NCBI GenBank assembly: GCA_963701965.1
Contig: OY969695.1
Coordinates: 1,184,001-1,248,000, forward strand
DNA from: an uncultured Gemmatimonadales bacterium
GTDB taxonomy: Bacteria; Gemmatimonadota; Gemmatimonadetes; Gemmatimonadales; Gemmatimonadaceae
Direction: 5' to 3'
Length of the DNA: 64,000 bases
Every line of letters starts with the position of its first letter. The first letter of the stretch is position 1. The notes beneath the pieces were generated by a model, which worked only from the letters and a program-made list of their open reading frames with translations, was not told the DNA's origin and searched no databases. Of the stretch, positions 59,866 to 64,000 are shown piece after piece. The position numbers were made by a program, and so were the translations under genes.

Positions 59866-60004
59866 GGCGCGCTCAGGGCGTCGGTGTCAAATCTGGTGTC
59901 GAATTGCTTGGACGCGGCACCAGGCCACTTGCACGCAGCGTCTGAACCGTCTGACTCAAGAAGCGCGTAGATTGTGTGTAGACCGAGAACGAGGATGGCC
60001 TGCT

Positions 60005-60232
60005 GTGCGCACTCGAAACGATATCGTCCACAGCGACCCGGCCATCTTGAGCGGCGAGCCTGTGTTCACCGGCACGCGCGTGCCGGTGACGTCCCTATTC
60101 GAGTGGCTGGAAGGCGGGGAGACGCTGGACGAATGGTTGGACAACTTTCCCGGCGTGACGCGCGAGCAGACGGTGAGCGTGCTAGAGGACGCGAGGGCCC
60201 TGACCGTCGCCGGTGCGCGTTCTTCTCGATGA
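60005..60232 (+). CDS. DUF433 antitoxin
   Basis: DPAILSGEPVFTGTRVPV, LEGGETLDEWLDNFP. Confidence 0.9.
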   Translation: MRTRNDIVHSDPAILSGEPVFTGTRVPVTSLFEWLEGGETLDEWLDNFPGVTREQTVSVLEDARALTVAGARSSR

Positions 60233-60612
60233 GCACCTACCCCGGAAGCTCGCCCGAGAGCTAACCGGGCACCAGCCCCGGGGGGTGCGTGAAATGGGAT
60301 GGGGCGCGCTGCAGAATGGCGCGCTGCTTCGTCAGGCGGCGGGCGAAGGCTTTCGCGCAATGCTTACGATGGACAAGCGCATCCCTGACCAACAGAACCT
60401 AGCGAATCGGATTGGCGATCGTGATCATTCAGGCCCCGACGACCCAGTTGGTCCACCTCCAACCGCTCCTGCCGGCGATCTTGGATGCCCTGGATAACGT
60501 GCAAGCGGGCCAATACTCCCTCGTACGGATCTGCCTAGCTACAGGTTCGCCTCATTACCAGCGTCATCAAGGAAGGTGCTGGTTGACGCAGTGGCAGGCC
60601 GTCTTGGCGTGA
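60213..60612 (+). pseudogene. DUF5615 PIN-like toxin, frameshifted near 60410
   Basis: VLLDEHLP, MGW..LQNGALL, LTMDK..QQNL, then LAIVII...LLPAILDAL in the next frame. Confidence 0.75.
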
Positions 60613-60834
60613 GTTGCTGGCGGAGCGGGCCGCCCGTGCGACACAACCTGACCGCTACCGGGTAGAGCGCGTGGACTGAGCCGATAACGTCGCCCGGTGG
60701 GCTCGACGCCTTTGTATCAACTTCGACCATTCATTAATCCGGCGACCTATAGTCAACGTCAATGGAGTTGGGTCGAATCGATCGTGCATGACTAAAAGCG
60801 GCATGACGAAATCGCTAAACGGATCATCCCACAA

Positions 60835-62694
60835 ATGATACCAATGTCTCCAACAAGTGGTAGACAGCCAGAGGAACCTGACCAAGAGACCATCGAGCAA
60901 TTGATAGCGCGTCTCGACGTCGACGTAACCCCGCGAGACGAATACGAATTCGAAGCGCCCATCAACACATTCGGCCAAGCAATAGTTCAACGGGGCCAAG
61001 AACCTCCTCCACAGGTGGCAGCGGAAGCAATCGCGTTCCTGTTTCACGCGCATGACTATCAAGAACCCAGCTCTTGGGGCCTTTACTTCGGGCCCTACAT
61101 GTCGGCCGCTACCGCGTCGGGTGAGACCGTAGATAGCCCATCTCTCAAGATGGTGACGGACACTGTACTCGCACATTGGCGCCGGCGAGCCGTCGAGAGC
61201 CTTCATCCAGTTATGAAGGCTCGCTACGCCGACCTTCTTTGGGAGTTGCCCGAGCGTTTGGCAGGCGCGAAGCGCGATGTACGAATGGCGCGCATCGCCG
61301 TCGATTCCTATTTGGATGCCGTGCAGACCCAAAGGTACAAGAGTGGGAGCATGTCGATCGCCAAGGCGCGGCGGTCGTTAAATATTGCTTTGTCTATCAA
61401 TGATCAGGAACGGATCGATCGCGCGAGAGACGTCATGCTCGCCCTGGACGACTACGAAGCGAACGACGGGGCGCTGCCCCTGTCAGGCTTCTGTTTCGAT
61501 ACGTTCGTGGAGCCACCACACCCGCGGATCGTTCTGACGGAAGCTCAGCATGCCAAGCTCGTTGCCAACGTCGAAAGCCGACTGTCGGGATTTGCCAGCC
61601 AGCCCAGTGGTTCCTATCATCCTGCGGACGCTGAGACTGATGCGAAGCGATTGGCGACGCACTATCGGCGACGGGGCCTCTCGACCGACGTGGCGCGCGT
61701 ATTACGTAGTTACGGCGCCATTGTGCAGAAAATGTCGGGCACCGCAGCACCGCTGGTTGTCAACCATTCACTCCACAAGCTCTTCGATCTCTACAAGGCG
61801 TTCAACCTCAATGCGGAGGCTGACGCGCTGAACGAGTCGTTGCGTATTGCTGGCGAGGATGCGGTTAAAGGGCTCAAGGAGATATCCGCCACCGTTCAGA
61901 TTCCGCGAGAACAATGGGAGGCGTACTTCACCGCGATGCTCGCAGGCGATTCGGTCGATGTTCTCGTGCGGATTGCCATGTATTACGTACCGCGTCGATC
62001 GGAGATGGAGGCCGAGCTCCGCCACAACGTGCAGGCCGCACCGTTCACCTATCTCGTGACTATTGACGTGAAGGACGACGATGGACGCACCGTCGCCAAG
62101 GTTGAACCACTGGCCTCTGACCCTGAGGGGCATCTCGTTCGACACATAAGCCAGCATCTGTCGCTTACGTCTATCTTGCTGCGCGAGACAATGAAGCGCG
62201 CGCTCGATGGGCAAATCGCGCCAGAGACCCTGATGGACTTCTTGTTCGGCTGCCACCTTTTTCGAGAAGGACGACGACCGCTTCTCGAAGAAGGAGTTCG
62301 AGCCTACGCGGAAGGGAACAGCTCGGTTGCTATTCACATATTATTGCCACAGATCGAACAGATCGTTCGTCACGCCGCCCAAGCCGTTGGCGCTCATATA
62401 TATGCGCAGCGTCGTGGCGGCGGTTTTCACTCCAGAACACTTGACGACCTGCTCCGAGATCCGGCGATTGCCAACGCACTCACAGACGACGTGGCTCAGT
62501 ACTTCCAGGTACTGCTAACGGATTCACGCGGTTGGAACATTCGGAATCGCGTCTGTCACGGCCTCGCACCTGTGTCGCTTTTTAGAGTGGACGTTGCTGA
62601 TAGGATCGTTCATGCGTTATTAGTGCTGGCACTGCTCCGACCCGTCGATCAATCGACGCCCGAACGCGGTTCCAGGCTAGAGTCTGTGGGCTAG
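60835..62694 (+). CDS. DUF4209-like protein with C-terminal HEPN-type Rx4H motif
   Basis: ARYADLLW; HILLPQIEQIVR; LLTDSRGWNIRNRVCHGL; lower GC than the core. Confidence 0.75.
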   Translation: MIPMSPTSGRQPEEPDQETIEQLIARLDVDVTPRDEYEFEAPINTFGQAIVQRGQEPPPQVAAEAIAFLFHAHDYQEPSSWGLYFGPYMSAATASGETVDSPSLKMVTDTVLAHWRRRAVESLHPVMKARYADLLWELPERLAGAKRDVRMARIAVDSYLDAVQTQRYKSGSMSIAKARRSLNIALSINDQERIDRARDVMLALDDYEANDGALPLSGFCFDTFVEPPHPRIVLTEAQHAKLVANVESRLSGFASQPSGSYHPADAETDAKRLATHYRRRGLSTDVARVLRSYGAIVQKMSGTAAPLVVNHSLHKLFDLYKAFNLNAEADALNESLRIAGEDAVKGLKEISATVQIPREQWEAYFTAMLAGDSVDVLVRIAMYYVPRRSEMEAELRHNVQAAPFTYLVTIDVKDDDGRTVAKVEPLASDPEGHLVRHISQHLSLTSILLRETMKRALDGQIAPETLMDFLFGCHLFREGRRPLLEEGVRAYAEGNSSVAIHILLPQIEQIVRHAAQAVGAHIYAQRRGGGFHSRTLDDLLRDPAIANALTDDVAQYFQVLLTDSRGWNIRNRVCHGLAPVSLFRVDVADRIVHALLVLALLRPVDQSTPERGSRLESVG

Positions 62695-63080
62695 CCGCGA
62701 TCGCACGCGCAAATGATTTATTGTTGTCGCTTGCGTAGATGGATCTCACCCACAAGCATCGGCTGACCCGGACTAAACTGCGCCATCACGCCGACGACGG
62801 ACTGCGCGGTGCACAGACTAAGCAGGCGATCCGCACGTCGCAGTAGGCAAAGCTTGACACCCTCTGCGGCAACGTCGAGCGGACGAACCGGCACGATTGT
62901 GCTCGTTAATGTCAGAAGCGTGCACGTTTCTGCACGGCGCGACGTCCAGTCGTGCGTGTTAGGACACGTTTTTGATCGCGCTCCGATCGATGCTCTAGCG
63001 CGCACAACGCACACACAGTAGCGTATCGCAAGCATGCCCTCTCAGCTGGCACGACTTGAACAGATCGTCGGATCGTCCCA

Positions 63081-64000
63081 GGTCAAGTGCAGAATGATGT
63101 GTAAATCGCTTCTGGGTTCTCGGGATGATTACGCGGCTGGCATGCTCGTCTCCGCAGCGGGTGGGGTGGCGACGACACCGACGTAGCGGCGCGTCAGCCA
63201 CTGCTCGTTGCGCTCCGCCGCCAGCGCACTGGCGAGGCGCAGGAAGCTCGCCTCATTCGGGAAGACGCGGATCACCCGCGTCCGGCGCCGCACCTCCGCG
63301 TGATCGTGCTCGATCGCGTTGGTCGTCGCGAGTCGGCGCCGGGCCTCCCGATCCGGGAGCGTACAGACCGCCAGCGTGTCGGGGCCGTCCGTCTCCAGCC
63401 AGTCGGCGAGCCGCGCGTGCGCCGGCCGCAGTTCGGTGACGAGCCGCGCCAGGCGGGCGTGCGCTTCCGCCCCCGTCGCCGCGGTCCACGCGTTCCGCAG
63501 GCCATCGCGCACCCGCTCTTGGAGATCAGCGGAGGAGATGCGATCGCGCGCGTTACGCAGGAAGTGCACCTGACACCGCTGATGCACGGCCTCGGGGAAG
63601 AAGCGCCGGAGCGCCTCGACCAGACCGGCGTGTTCGTCGGAGACGATGTAGCGAACACCGCGGAGGCCACGCTGGACGAGGTCCTCGCACACGCGCCGCC
63701 ACGCCGTCCCACTCTCGCTGGCGCCGAGCCAGAGCCCGAGGTGTTCACGATAGCCGTCGGCGCCGACGCCGATCACCCACAGCGCGGCCGTGCTCCGCAC
63801 CTGGCCCTCGCGCCGCACGCGCTCGACGTGCGCGTCCACAATCAGGTACGGGTACGCCTTCGCGCCGAGCGGCCGCTGGCGCCAGGCCGCCAGCCCGGCC
63901 TCCAGCGTCTTCGTGAGCGCCGACACCTCCGACGCCGAGATCGTCGCCCCGCACAGCTGCTCCACCACGGCGCTGACCTTCCGGGTCGAGATCCCTTGCA
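63081..64000 (-). mobile_element. IS256 family element, partial (transposase C-terminal part, stop at 63129)
   Basis: YPYLIVDA, IVSDEH, QRCQVHFLRN, TTNAIE, RVFPN; end sequence GGTCAAGTGCAGAATGATGTGTAAAT at 63081. Confidence 0.92.

Noticed and set aside
62718..63080. Short ORFs between the DUF4209-like gene and IS256
   Set aside because: No motifs or convincing coding bias; at most a gene start (ATG 63034) cut by the IS

Overview
High-GC bacterial chromosomal window. The gene repertoire (ADOP-type permease, several Ser/Thr kinases, Big_2 lipoproteins) suggests Gemmatimonadota; this is inference. Two accessory zones flank a core region. (1) About 1-17.9 kb: cargo and decayed islands stacked at the 3' end of tRNA-Gly(CCC). 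There is an intact tRNA at 17869-17941, two 44-bp 3'-half duplicates at 7712 and 10514, a broken tyrosine integrase, an IS21, a DUF433/DUF5615 toxin-antitoxin pair, HEPN/PIN/DUF3825-like remnants, an AAA ATPase and c-type cytochromes. (2) About 18-59.7 kb core: ppa, rpiB, pheA, a hybrid kinase, a DUF2946/CutF-like leader ORF upstream of a His/Met-rich exported protein, an S9 peptidase, a 7-tRNA array behind efp, tesA-ybbAP-like genes, a TPR-FHA-kinase/RCC1-Big_2-TPR cluster with a divergent zincin-like lipoprotein, and a CI/Cro-like HTH pair upstream of a GAF pseudo-kinase. (3) About 59.7-64 kb: tRNA-Ile(GAT) followed by a second toxin-antitoxin pair, a DUF4209 HEPN-like gene and an IS256 cut by the window edge. 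Several single-base frameshifts in otherwise intact genes suggest sequencing indels. All family calls come from motif recognition by eye; no database searches were run.
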